Below the pieces are notes generated by a model. The model ran no database searches, was not told the DNA's origin, and saw only the letters and a program-made list of their open reading frames with translations. From Acidimicrobiales bacterium (GTDB taxonomy: Bacteria > Actinomycetota > Acidimicrobiia > Acidimicrobiales > VFJN01): a DNA stretch of 43,160 nt. The position numbers and the translations under genes are program-made. The stretch's first letter is position 1; every line of letters starts with the position of its first letter. Of the stretch, positions 1 to 8,623 are shown piece after piece. The DNA lies in the NCBI GenBank assembly GCA_035707385.1, contig DASSUD010000440.1, positions 1 to 43,160 on the forward strand. The letters are read 5' to 3'.

Positions 1-1
1 G

Positions 2-424
2 CGCATCGGCAAGTTCGACCAGGACTTCCGGTTCGGCAGCGAGGGCATCCGCGACGCGTTCTACCTGGTCAAGCTGCTGGAGGACGCCGGGTGGGAGGGC
101 ATGCGCCACTTCGACGCCCACGCCTACCGCACCGAGGACGCCGAGGGGGTGTGGGACTTCGCCCGGGGGTGCATGCGCACCTACCTGATCCTGCGGGACA
201 AGGCCCGCCGCTTCCGGGACGACCCGGAGATCCAGGAGGCGCTGCGGGTGGCGCAGGCCGAGCGCCTGGCCGAGCCGTCGCTCCCCGGATCGCCCTCGCC
301 CGAGGCCATCGCCGGGCTGCGGGCCGAGGCCGCCGGCGCCGACGAGGCGGCCCTGGCCGCCCAGGGCTACGGCCACGAGCGCCTCGACCAGCTCGTGACC
401 GAGCTCCTGCTCGGCGCCCGCTGA
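2..424 (+). CDS. xylA: xylose isomerase, C-terminal part (5' end lies outside the window)
   Basis: Frame 2 is open from the window edge and reads RIGKFDQDFRFGSEGIRDAFYLVKLLEDAGWEGMRHFDAHAYRTED..., typical of the actinobacterial XylA C-terminus. It is followed directly by a xylulokinase gene. Confidence 0.85.
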   Translation, partial: RIGKFDQDFRFGSEGIRDAFYLVKLLEDAGWEGMRHFDAHAYRTEDAEGVWDFARGCMRTYLILRDKARRFRDDPEIQEALRVAQAERLAEPSLPGSPSPEAIAGLRAEAAGADEAALAAQGYGHERLDQLVTELLLGAR

Positions 425-454
425 GCGGCCGCCCCCCGACTCACGGCCTCCGCG

Positions 455-1885
455 GTGGCGCTCGTCATCGGGGTCGACAGCTCGACCCAGTCGACCAAGC
501 TGGAGGCCCGGGACGCCGCCACGGGGCGACTGGTGGCCGCGTCCCGGGCACCGCACCCTCCCGTCTCCCCGCCCCGCAGCGAGCAGGACCCCGAGGCGTG
601 GTGGCACGCGCTGGGCCGGGCCGGCGCCGACCTCGGGGCGGGCCCCGCCGACGCGCTGGCCGTCGCCGGCCAGCAGCACGGGATGGTAGTGCTGGACGCC
701 GCCGGCGCGGTGGTGCGCCCGGCCAAGCTGTGGAACGACACGGAGTCGGCGCCCGACGCCGCCGCCCTGGTCGAGCGGCTGGGCGCGCCCGCCTGGTCCG
801 AGGCCACGGGCCTGGTCCCCGTCGCGTCCTACACGGTCACCAAGCTGGCCTGGCTGCGGCGCTGCGAGCCGGGGGCGTGGGCCCGCCTGGCCCGGGTCCT
901 GCTGCCGCACGACTGGCTGAACCTGCGCGCCGCCGGCGTGGCGGCCACGGACCGGGGCGACGCCTCGGGCACGGGGTACTGGTCGCCGGCCACCGGCCGC
1001 TGGCGGCCCGACCTGCTGGACCTGGTGGACGAGGAGCGCGACTGGGCCGCGGCGCTGCCCGAGCTGCGGGGCCCGGCCGAGCCGGTGGGCGCGCTGCGGG
1101 GCGAGGCCCGCGACCTGTTCGGGCCCGCGCTGGTCGGGCCGGGCACCGGCGACAACATGGCCGCCGCGCTGGGGCTCGGGCTGGCGCCGGGCGACGTGGC
1201 CGTGTCGGTCGGCACCTCGGGGACCGTGTACACGGTGAGCGACGCGCCGGTGGCGGACCCCGACGGCATCGTGGCCGGGTTCGCCGACGCCACCGGCCGG
1301 TACCTGCCGCTGGTCTGCACCCTCAACGCGGCACGGGTCCTCGACACGGTGGCCGGCCTGCTGGGCACCGACCACGGCGGCCTCGACGCGCTGGCGCTGG
1401 CCGCGCCCGCCGGGGCGCGCGGCCTCACCCTGCTGCCGTACCTCGACGGCGAGCGGACCCCGAACCGCCCCGGCGCCAGCGGCACCCTCGCCGGCCTGCG
1501 GACGCTCCACGGTCGGGGCGACCTGGCCCGGGCAGCCGTCGAGGGGGTCGTGCACGGGCTGCTCGACGGGCTCGACGCCCTGGTGGCGCAGGGCCTGGCG
1601 GCGGCCGGGCGCCTGGTGCTCACCGGGGGAGGGGCCCGCTCCGGCGCCGTCCGTCAGGTGCTGGCCGACCTGAGCGGGCGCCCGGTCGAGGCCCACGCCG
1701 GCGCCGAGACGGTGGCCCGGGGCGCGGCGGTCCAGGCCGCCGCCACGCTGGCGGGCGCCGACCCGGCCGAGGTGGCGGCCGCCTGGCGGCCCCCGCCCGA
1801 CGTCGTCGTCGAGCCGGGGCCGGGGGTCGACCGGGCCGCGCTGCGGGAGGCGTACCACCGCCTGCGCGACGGCGGGGAGCCCTGA
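455..1885 (+). CDS. xylB: xylulokinase (FGGY carbohydrate kinase)
   Basis: 476 aa. N-terminal LVIGVDSSTQSTK, internal GTGDNMAAALGLG and C-terminal LTGGGARS FGGY-kinase motifs. Sits next to xylA. Confidence 0.85.
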   Translation: MALVIGVDSSTQSTKLEARDAATGRLVAASRAPHPPVSPPRSEQDPEAWWHALGRAGADLGAGPADALAVAGQQHGMVVLDAAGAVVRPAKLWNDTESAPDAAALVERLGAPAWSEATGLVPVASYTVTKLAWLRRCEPGAWARLARVLLPHDWLNLRAAGVAATDRGDASGTGYWSPATGRWRPDLLDLVDEERDWAAALPELRGPAEPVGALRGEARDLFGPALVGPGTGDNMAAALGLGLAPGDVAVSVGTSGTVYTVSDAPVADPDGIVAGFADATGRYLPLVCTLNAARVLDTVAGLLGTDHGGLDALALAAPAGARGLTLLPYLDGERTPNRPGASGTLAGLRTLHGRGDLARAAVEGVVHGLLDGLDALVAQGLAAAGRLVLTGGGARSGAVRQVLADLSGRPVEAHAGAETVARGAAVQAAATLAGADPAEVAAAWRPPPDVVVEPGPGVDRAALREAYHRLRDGGEP

Positions 1886-1897
1886 CCCCCGGGCGGC

Positions 1898-3070
1898 TCA
1901 GCGCAGGTCGAAGGCGAGGTCGAAGCGGCGGACCGCCCCGGCGAACACGTTCGGCTCGATGTCGGGCGGGGTCAGCACCCGCAGGTTGGTCCACCGCTCG
2001 GTGAGGGCGCCGAACAGCATCCGCAGCTCGAGCCGGGCCAGGTTGGCGCCGATGCAGAAGTGCGTGCCCTGCCCGAAGGCCAGGTGGGGGTTCGGGTCGC
2101 GGCGGATGTCGAAGGCGAACGGGTCGTCGAAGACCGCCTCGTCCCGGTTGGCCGACGGGTAGGCGAGCATCACCCGGTCGCCCGCCGCCACCGCCTGGTC
2201 GCCGATGCGGTCGTCGGCCAGCGCCCGCCGGAACATGTTGTTGAGGGGCGTGACCCAGCGGATGACCTCCTCCACCAGGCCGTCCACCAGGGCCGGGTCG
2301 GCGGCCGCCGCCTCCCACTGGTCGGGATGGTCGGCCAGCACGGCGAGGCCCCGGGCGATGACCGTGCGGGTCGTCTCGGCCCCGCCCGCGATGTAGAGGC
2401 CGGTTTCGTGCATGAGCGTCAGCGGATCCATGCCGGCCCCGGTCCACACGGTGACGAGGTCGTCGGCGGGGCAGGCCCGGCGCTCCTCGGCGATGGCCTG
2501 GAGCACCGGGTTGAACTCCATGATGGCGTTCATGAGGCCCACCAGGGCGTCGTTGTCGAACCGGACGGCGTCGGTGCGCATCAGCCGCTCCGACCAGGAG
2601 CGGATGTCCGGCCAGCGGTCCTCCGGGAAGCCGAGCAGGTCGGCGGTGAGGCGCGACGGGAGCTGGGCGGCCAGGTCGTGTACCACCTCCGAGCGGCCGC
2701 GGGCGGCCACGGCGTCGAGCAGCTCGTCGATGCGGGACCGGAGGAACGCCGCGTGGTCCTGCACCGCCCGGGGCGTGAACCGGCGGGTCACCAGCCGCCG
2801 TTGCGCCAGGTGCTCGGGGTCGTCGAGGGCGATGGTGTTCGACTCCTCCATCGCCAGGTTGACCCGGTACGAGCCCCGGGACGAGAACACGGTGCTGCGC
2901 CGCTCGACGTCGATCACGTCGGCGTGGCGGGTCACCACCCAGAAGCCGTTGGCATCCCGGTACACGGGCGCGTCCCGGCGGGCCCAGGTGAAGAACTCGT
3001 GCACCCGGTCCAGGTCGACCCACCAGGCGGGGTCGAGCAGGTCGGCCGGCGCAGCGTCGGTCGCCGTCAT
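1898..3070 (-). CDS. cytochrome P450
   Basis: 390 aa. Heme-thiolate loop FGQGTHFCIGANLA, EXXR (EEVIRW) and I-helix-like AGGAETT. Confidence 0.9.
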   Translation of the reverse strand: MTATDAAPADLLDPAWWVDLDRVHEFFTWARRDAPVYRDANGFWVVTRHADVIDVERRSTVFSSRGSYRVNLAMEESNTIALDDPEHLAQRRLVTRRFTPRAVQDHAAFLRSRIDELLDAVAARGRSEVVHDLAAQLPSRLTADLLGFPEDRWPDIRSWSERLMRTDAVRFDNDALVGLMNAIMEFNPVLQAIAEERRACPADDLVTVWTGAGMDPLTLMHETGLYIAGGAETTRTVIARGLAVLADHPDQWEAAAADPALVDGLVEEVIRWVTPLNNMFRRALADDRIGDQAVAAGDRVMLAYPSANRDEAVFDDPFAFDIRRDPNPHLAFGQGTHFCIGANLARLELRMLFGALTERWTNLRVLTPPDIEPNVFAGAVRRFDLAFDLR

Positions 3071-3126
3071 CCCCGCAACGTACCGGCTGGGCGCCGGGCG
3101 TCGCCGTGCGACGCGCCGGCCCGTGG

Positions 3127-3560
3127 TCAGGCCAGGAACAGGTCCAGCCCGAGCCGGCGCGACAGGAAGCGGGCCACCATCTGGCCCTTCACGCTGCTGC
3201 CGGCGGCGTCAGGGGCGGGGCGAACGTCCCCAGCCCGCCCTCGCCGGGGGCGACGGTGACGATGCCGCCGCCGATGCCGCTCTTGCCGGGCAGGCCGACG
3301 TCGTAGAGCCAGTCGCCGGAGGTCTGGTACAGGCCCGCCGTGGTCATGGCGGCCAGCGCGCACAGGCACGTCTCGACGCCGACCACCCGCTCACCGCTCA
3401 CCGGATTGACACCCCCGGCCGCCAGGGTGGCGCCCATCACGGCCAGGTCGGTCGCCGTCACGCTCAGGCTGCTCTGGCGCGTGTACAGGTCGAGCGCGGT
3501 GGCGGGGTCGGCCGCCAGCAGGCCCAAGCTGGCGAGCAGGGCGGTGATGGCCCGTCCCGG
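3127..3560 (-). pseudogene. glutaminase remnant (5'-truncated, frameshifted)
   Basis: The ORF 3189-3620 reads ...LDLYTRQSSLSVTATDLAVMGATLAAGGVNPVSGERV...YDVGLPGKSGIGGGIVTVAPGEGGLGTFAPPL, which is the C-terminal half of GlsA-type glutaminases. The expected tail (GSSVKGQMVARFLSRRLGLDLF) is in a different frame (ORF 3127-3369). The N-terminal ~150 aa are absent. Confidence 0.6.
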
Positions 3561-4151
3561 CGCCCGGCGCGCCACGGTCGTCCTGGTGGCCATGGTGGCC
3601 ATGGTGGCCCTGCTGGCCACGGGGGCCGTCCCCCCGGCGGTGGCCAGCCTCCTTGCCGCCGGCGCCCTGGTGCTGGGCCGGGCGGTGACGCTCGACGCCG
3701 CCTACCGGGCGATCTCGTGGACGACGGTCATCCTGGTAGCGAGCATGATCCCGCTGTCGACGGCGATGACCACCAGCGGCGACGCCGGGAAGCTGGCCGG
3801 CGGGCTGGTCGAGGTGGTGGGGGACAGCGGGCCACACCCGTTCCTGATCGGGCTGTTCGTGCTGACCGCGGTGCTGGGCCAACTGATCAGCAACACGGCC
3901 ACCGCGCTCATCGTGGTCCCCGTGGCCGTGTCCGCCGCCGGCACCCTCGACGTGTCGGTGCGGCCCGTGCTCATGTCGCTGGCGGTGGCGTAGGCGCCCG
4001 CCCTGCTGCCCCCGGTGGCCACCCCGGCCGACATGATGGTGCTGGGCCCGGGCGGCTACCGCTTCGGCGACTACGCCCGGCTCGGCCTGTCCGTGATGGC
4101 GTGGTCTTCGTGGTGTCGGTGGGCATCGTCCCCCTGTTCCGGCCGCTGTAG
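3561..4151 (+). pseudogene. SLC13/DASS-type anion permease remnant (5'-truncated, in-frame stop plus frameshift)
   Basis: Only the last ~190 codons of a multi-TM permease are present (AISWTTVILVASMIPLSTAM...LGQLISNTATALIVVPVAV...). There is a TAG at 3991-3993 inside the conserved ...AVA*APALLPPVATPADMMVLGPGGYRFGDY... block. The final helix (VVFVVSVGIVPLFRPL) lies in another frame. Confidence 0.55.
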
Positions 4152-4218
4152 CGCTCTACTGGACAACTCAGGCGTTCGCCCGTGACAACCGGGCCGTGGC
4201 GGTACGCGTCAGACAGGT

Positions 4219-4728
4219 GTGCACGTGATGGTGGGGAAACAGGCTGACCTGGCTACGGAGGCCCTGTTCCGCGAGCGCTACTCCGAGATGGTCGGCCTGG
4301 CCGCGCTCCTGCTGAACGACCGCCACACCGCCGAGGAGGTGGTGCAGGACGCGTTCGCCAAGTTCCACCTGGCCCGGCAGCGCATCCTGGATCCCGACCG
4401 GCAGGTGTCCTACCTGCGGTCGATCGTGTGCAACCTGGCCCGGGGCCGGCTGCGGCGTTGGGGGATCGAGCGGCGCCTGCGCCCCGTCCCCGAGCCCGAG
4501 GCCGCCCCCGACAGCGACGCCGCTCTGGCCCGCCACCGGCGCGACACGGTGGCCGCCGCGCTGGCCGGCCTGCCCCGCCGCCAGCGCGAGTGCGTCGTCC
4601 TGCGCTACTGGCTCGACCTGCCCGAACGGGACATCGCCGACACGCTCGGCATCGCCCCCGGTTCGGTCAAGTCCCACCTGCACCGGGGGCTGGCCGCGCT
4701 CGAGAGCCGCCTGGAGGACCTGCGATGA
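4219..4728 (+). CDS. ECF-type RNA polymerase sigma factor
   Basis: 169 aa. Region 2 (EEVVQDAFAKF) and region 4 HTH (LPRRQRECVVLRYWLDLPERDIADTLGIAPGSVKSHLHRG). Confidence 0.85.
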   Translation: MHVMVGKQADLATEALFRERYSEMVGLAALLLNDRHTAEEVVQDAFAKFHLARQRILDPDRQVSYLRSIVCNLARGRLRRWGIERRLRPVPEPEAAPDSDAALARHRRDTVAAALAGLPRRQRECVVLRYWLDLPERDIADTLGIAPGSVKSHLHRGLAALESRLEDLR

Positions 4729-5480
4729 GCACCGAGGACTTGGTCCGCGACGCCCTGGCCGACCTGGCCCCCCAGGTCCCCGCCGGCGACCAGGCCCTGG
4801 CCGGGGTCCGCCGTGCCATCACCCGCCGCCGGCGCCGCCGGGCGGTCGCCCGCACGGGCGTGGCCGCGGTGCTGCTGGCCGCGGTGGCCACCGCCGGTGT
4901 CGTCGCGGTGGCGGGCGGCAACGAGCCGGACGAGACGGACGTGGGAACCCCGACGACGACCACCACCGAGCCCGTCGAGCCCGGCGGCCGGCTGCAGTTC
5001 GGACCGGTGAGCCTGGACCTGCCGGACGGCTGGAGCGAGCAGTTCCGCGTCCCCGACACCGGTACGGACGGTACCGGCGAGTCGATCTGCATCGCCCCGG
5101 CCGCCGGCGAGTCCCCCGAGTCCGTCGACTGCGCCGGGCTGATGCTCCACCGCGGCTACCTCCCGGGCGCCGAGACCTCCAGCTACGAGGAGCGACCGGG
5201 CTGGTCCCAAGCGACCGACGTCGTGCCGTGCCCGGTCGGCGGCGTCGTGGACGACGTGGTCGTGACCGGTCCCCAGGGGGTGGCGCCCGTCCAGGAGGAG
5301 GTTCGGCCGGTCGGCGGCAAGGACGCCGAGTGGACCCAGTGGGCCGCCGAGTGCAGCTCCGGCGCCGGCTTCACGCCCGAGGCGTGGCTGTTCCCCGACG
5401 TGCGGGTGCTGGTGGTCGAGGTGCTCGACCGGGACGAGACCGAGGAGATCCTGGCGTCGTTCGAGTTCACGGACGAGTGA
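4725..5480 (+). CDS. putative anti-sigma factor / single-pass membrane protein
   Basis: The ATG at 4725 overlaps the sigma stop (ATGA). Short cytoplasmic N-terminus, RRRRRR, then a TM helix (TGVAAVLLAAVATAGVVAVAG) and an extracytoplasmic domain. The function is called from position only. Confidence 0.5.
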   Translation: MSTEDLVRDALADLAPQVPAGDQALAGVRRAITRRRRRRAVARTGVAAVLLAAVATAGVVAVAGGNEPDETDVGTPTTTTTEPVEPGGRLQFGPVSLDLPDGWSEQFRVPDTGTDGTGESICIAPAAGESPESVDCAGLMLHRGYLPGAETSSYEERPGWSQATDVVPCPVGGVVDDVVVTGPQGVAPVQEEVRPVGGKDAEWTQWAAECSSGAGFTPEAWLFPDVRVLVVEVLDRDETEEILASFEFTDE

Positions 5481-5519
5481 CCCCGCCGGGGGACTGGACA
5501 GGTTACCTAGAGTAAGGGC

Positions 5520-6125
5520 ATGCGCACCTCGAAGCAGGGGATCGGGGCGGTTCCGCATCTGGCACTGGTGGCGATCCCCGTCGTCCTGGCGGTGATCGTG
5601 GGCTGTGGCTCGTCGGCGGGCGACGGCGGCGACGGCGGCGACGAGGCGGCCCGCACCACGACCACCGCGGTCGAGGACGTGGAGGTCGAGGCCGGCGACT
5701 TCACCGCCCTGGCCGACATGACGCCCGTGCGGGGGTTCTTCGTCAACAACCTGCTGGGGCACACCGACGAGGCGGTGGCCGTGGCCGAGAACCCCGACGG
5801 CGGCGTCTACCCCGTGGGCACGGTCATCCAGCTCATCCCCCAGGAGGCCATGGTCAAGCGGGCCGAGGGCTTCTCGCCGGAGACCAACGACTGGGAGTTC
5901 TTCACGTTGGACGCCACCCCCGCCGGCACCACCATCGTCAGCCGGGGCGGGGCCGAGGTCGTCAACCGGTTCAGCGGCACGAGCTGCTCGGGCTGCCACA
6001 GCGCGGCCGAGCCCCAGTTCGACATGGTGTGCGAGGACACCCACGGCTGCGCCCCGCTGGGCGTGCCGGACGACGTGATCACCACCATCCAGCAGTCGGA
6101 CCCGCGGCCCCGGCATAGCGGCTGA
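5520..6125 (+). CDS. lipoprotein with a CXXCH heme-binding motif (cytochrome P460-like is possible)
   Basis: Signal peptide with lipobox (VLAVIVGC). A single CSGCH motif near the C-terminus is preceded by NDWEFF. The family assignment is tentative. Confidence 0.55.
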   Translation: MRTSKQGIGAVPHLALVAIPVVLAVIVGCGSSAGDGGDGGDEAARTTTTAVEDVEVEAGDFTALADMTPVRGFFVNNLLGHTDEAVAVAENPDGGVYPVGTVIQLIPQEAMVKRAEGFSPETNDWEFFTLDATPAGTTIVSRGGAEVVNRFSGTSCSGCHSAAEPQFDMVCEDTHGCAPLGVPDDVITTIQQSDPRPRHSG

Positions 6126-6155
6126 CCGCGCGGGCTCAGCGGGCGTTGGCCGGGG

Positions 6156-6758
6156 TCACGGCTCGGTGGCTCGCCGGGCGCGGAGAGCCCGGAGCTTGTG
6201 GCGGTTGCCGCACCGCTCCATCGCGCACCAGCGCCGGGCGCCGGGGCGGGACGAGTCCACGAACACCAGCGGGCAGTCGTCGCTCGCGCACTCGCGGATG
6301 CGCCCGGCGAGCGGCCCGGACAGCAGCTCGATCGTCTCCCGCGCCAGCGTCGACAGCGCCGCCGTGGCCCGCACCGGTGCGGCCCACCCTGCGGTCGTGC
6401 CGTCGGCGGCCAGCTCGGGGACCAGCGGCGCGGGGGACGCGGCCCGGTTGATGGTCGCCAGCGCGCCGGGGGGGAGCGGGCGCCGGTCGGCCCGGGCGTG
6501 CGCCGCGTCCCAGATCGCCTGGCGGAGGGCCTTGGCCGCGACCAGCTCGCGGGGAGTCACGGGGATTGTCATGACCGCGGCGAGCGGCGGCTCAGCCAGC
6601 CATTCGGCCAGGTCGGCAGGCTCGTGGAGGGTTTCGAACACCGCGTAGCTGCCCTCGCCGCCCGTGTGGGCGAAGTCCAGGCAGAGGGCGCCGGCGTCGA
6701 ATCGGAACGACGCTCCCCGGGGGTCGGTCAGCACCCGCCCGGTTGCGCTCGCTCTCAT
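6156..6758 (-). CDS. CGNR zinc-finger (ABATE domain) protein
   Basis: 200 aa. C-terminal WCAMERCGNRHKLRALRARR is the CGNR zinc-finger signature. Confidence 0.8.
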   Translation of the reverse strand: MRASATGRVLTDPRGASFRFDAGALCLDFAHTGGEGSYAVFETLHEPADLAEWLAEPPLAAVMTIPVTPRELVAAKALRQAIWDAAHARADRRPLPPGALATINRAASPAPLVPELAADGTTAGWAAPVRATAALSTLARETIELLSGPLAGRIRECASDDCPLVFVDSSRPGARRWCAMERCGNRHKLRALRARRATEP

Positions 6759-6765
6759 GAAGCCA

Positions 6766-6803
6766 CTATAACCGGTGTCGTGCGTACCGCTATTACCGGT
6801 GTC
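6766..6803. promoter_or_regulatory. two 14-bp direct repeats CTATWACCGGTGTC in the divergent CGNR/RidA intergenic region
   Basis: ctataaccggtgtc at 6766-6779 and ctattaccggtgtc at 6790-6803 (13/14 identical, 24-bp register). Each contains the palindrome ACCGGT. Candidate operator. Confidence 0.3.
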
Positions 6804-6823
6804 ATCCGCACAGGAGGCAACAC

Positions 6824-7213
6824 ATGAGCACGCGACACATCAACCCCGAGGGGCTCCACCGCAGCCCGGCCTTCAGCCAGGCCGTCGTGGTCGAGCAGCC
6901 GGCGAAGACGATCTACATCGGCGGGCAGAACGGCGTCGACGCCGACGGCAAGGTCGTCGGCCCCACGGTCGGGGAGCAGGCCGGCCAGGCGTTCCGCAAC
7001 CTCGCGACGATCCTCGAGAGCGAGGGGGCGACCCTGGCGAACATCGTGCACTGGACGATCGCCGTGGTGGACGGCAACTCGTTCGACGAGGGTGTCGCCG
7101 CCTTCCAGCAGGTGTGGGACCCGGCCGACCCGCCGCCGGCCATCACGGTCCACGTCGTCGCCGGCCTGAGCCCCGGGTTCCTCGTCGAGATCGACGCCGT
7201 CGCCGTCCTGTGA
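6824..7213 (+). CDS. RidA/YjgF family protein
   Basis: 129 aa. IYIGGQNGVDADGKVVG and C-terminal VEIDAVAVL are typical of the RidA family. A GGAGG-like RBS (caggagg) lies upstream. Confidence 0.8.
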   Translation: MSTRHINPEGLHRSPAFSQAVVVEQPAKTIYIGGQNGVDADGKVVGPTVGEQAGQAFRNLATILESEGATLANIVHWTIAVVDGNSFDEGVAAFQQVWDPADPPPAITVHVVAGLSPGFLVEIDAVAVL

Positions 7214-7235
7214 CGACCCCGGGCGGCGGGGGCGG

Positions 7236-7847
7236 TCAGGCGTCCCCGTCGCCCAACCAACCCTCGGCGTTCTCCAGCAGGTAGCGGCTCACCGCCAGGC
7301 AGGTGTCGAGCACGTCGCACATCTGCTCCTGGCCGAGGAACACGCGGGCCAGCGACACCTCGATGCGGGACACGATGGCCAGGCTGCGCTCGGGGGCGTC
7401 GGTCACCGACGGGAACGAGTCGATGGCCGACACCTCCAGGGGAAGGTCGGTGCCGCCGATGCCGGCCAGCTCGGTGGCCAGGATGAGCAGGTCCGGGCCC
7501 TTGGGCAACGGCGGCAGGGCCCAGTTGAACACCAGCGGGAAGTGGAAGGTGTCCGGCGGGTCCTCGTCCTCGGGGAGGCCGTTCATCACGTCCTCGAACG
7601 ACAGCAGCGCCCGGGGGTCCACCTCGAGGGCGAGGTGCAGGTCGAGCGGGCCGCCGCACGCCTCCTCCGGGTGGAGGTCGACCTCCCAGGTCTGGCGCAG
7701 CGAGTACGTCTCCACGAAGTGGCGTTCGTCGTGCACGTGGAAGCCGTGGTCGATGGCGTGGTCCTTCAGCTCGGACACGAACCCGGCGATGTCGATGGCG
7801 GCCACGGGCCAAGCCTGCCACGTCGCGCCTGGTAGACCCTCGCGCAT
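7236..7847 (-). CDS. hypothetical protein (start uncertain; alternative GTG at 7805)
   Basis: High GC3 in this frame over 7236-7800, and an acidic protein-like sequence (...FHVHDERHFVETYSLRQTWEVDLHPEE...). No motif recognised. Confidence 0.45.
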   Translation of the reverse strand: MREGLPGATWQAWPVAAIDIAGFVSELKDHAIDHGFHVHDERHFVETYSLRQTWEVDLHPEEACGGPLDLHLALEVDPRALLSFEDVMNGLPEDEDPPDTFHFPLVFNWALPPLPKGPDLLILATELAGIGGTDLPLEVSAIDSFPSVTDAPERSLAIVSRIEVSLARVFLGQEQMCDVLDTCLAVSRYLLENAEGWLGDGDA

Positions 7848-8619
7848 GCCCGTGACGGACGACGGCCTCATCGAACTGCTCCACGAGGCCGCCACCGCCG
7901 TCCGGGTCGCGCTGGACCAGCTCGACGACTGGGGGCCGTCGGGGATTAAGCCCGGCCAGTACCGGAGCGACCTGGTGGCGGACGCCGCCGCCCTGGCCGT
8001 CCTCGGCCCGGCCGGCGTCGGCGTGCTGTCCGAGGAGTCCGGTCTCGACGGCGGCGATCGGGACGTCGTGGTGGTCCTCGACCCCCTCGACGGCAGCACC
8101 AACGCCGCCCGGGGCATCCCCTGGTTCGCCTGCAGCCTGTGCGCGGTCGACCGCGACGGCCCCCGGGCCGCCCTGGTCGTCGACCTGCCCCACGGGCGGA
8201 CGTTCGCGGCCATGCGCGGCGGGGGAGCGTCGGTCGACGGCGTGCCGCTGGCGCCCTCCGGGTGCACCGTGGCGGGCGAGGCGCTGGTCGCCATATCGGG
8301 CCTGCCGGCGGTCGCGCTGGGTTGGCGCCAGTTCCGGACCCTGGGGGCGGCGGCGCTCGACCTGTGCGCGGTGGCCGAGGGGACGCTCGACGGGTTCGTG
8401 GACTGCCTCCCGTCCGCCCACGGCGCCTGGGACTACCTCGGCGGGGCCCTGATCTGCCGGGAGGCGGGGGCGGTCGTCGACGACGCCTTCGGCCGCGACC
8501 TGGTGACGCTCGACCACCTCGACCGACGGACGCCGGTGGCCGCGGCCACGCCGGAGCTGTTCGGCGCCCTGGTGGCGGCCAGGAGTCGCCTGGCTGACGG
8601 GGAGCGTCCAGTAGGTTGA
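7846..8619 (+). CDS. inositol monophosphatase family protein
   Basis: VLSEESG...VVLDPLDGSTNAARGIPWF and WDYLGGALICREAG are IMPase/SuhB/HisN family metal-binding motifs. Confidence 0.8.
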   Translation: MPVTDDGLIELLHEAATAVRVALDQLDDWGPSGIKPGQYRSDLVADAAALAVLGPAGVGVLSEESGLDGGDRDVVVVLDPLDGSTNAARGIPWFACSLCAVDRDGPRAALVVDLPHGRTFAAMRGGGASVDGVPLAPSGCTVAGEALVAISGLPAVALGWRQFRTLGAAALDLCAVAEGTLDGFVDCLPSAHGAWDYLGGALICREAGAVVDDAFGRDLVTLDHLDRRTPVAAATPELFGALVAARSRLADGERPVG

Positions 8620-8623
8620 CCGG

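Noticed and set aside
1886-1897. Possible terminators in the tight convergent gaps (1886-1897, 14603-14615, 17480-17500)
   Set aside because: The gaps are too short, and there is no stem-loop with a U tract. Intrinsic terminators are not convincingly identifiable by eye in this GC-rich DNA.
91-2004. 637-aa Arg/Gly/Pro-rich ORF overlapping xylA/xylB in another frame
   Set aside because: Low-complexity RGP composition is typical of off-frame translation of high-GC coding DNA. The xylA and xylB frames give recognisable proteins.
3588-3610. Short tandem atggtggcc repeats (MATMATMA / VAMVAMVA)
   Set aside because: It lies within the first retained TM helix of the permease remnant. Only about 2.5 copies are present, so I regard it as a coding-sequence coincidence or a slippage product at the deletion junction, not a functional repeat.
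2412-4151. 579-aa plus-strand ORF spanning the P450 antisense strand and the pseudogene region
   Set aside because: It is antisense to a clear P450 and has Ser/Arg-rich junk composition. Only its last ~17 codons (VVFVVSVGIVPLFRPL) are meaningful, as the displaced tail of the permease pseudogene.
5621-5650. GGCGAC reiterations (GDGGDGGDE), and TTC x4 at 36365-36376 (FFFF)
   Set aside because: These are short in-frame low-complexity stretches inside coding sequences, not independent repeat elements.
4605-6116. 503-aa minus-strand ORF
   Set aside because: It is antisense to the anti-sigma and lipoprotein genes. Shadow ORF with junk composition.
7845-7848. Divergent genes whose start codons appear to overlap (CATG)
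   Set aside because: This is most likely an artefact of choosing the most upstream ATG for the minus-strand gene. An in-frame GTG at 7805 gives a normal 40-bp divergent spacer, so I do not treat it as a real overlap.
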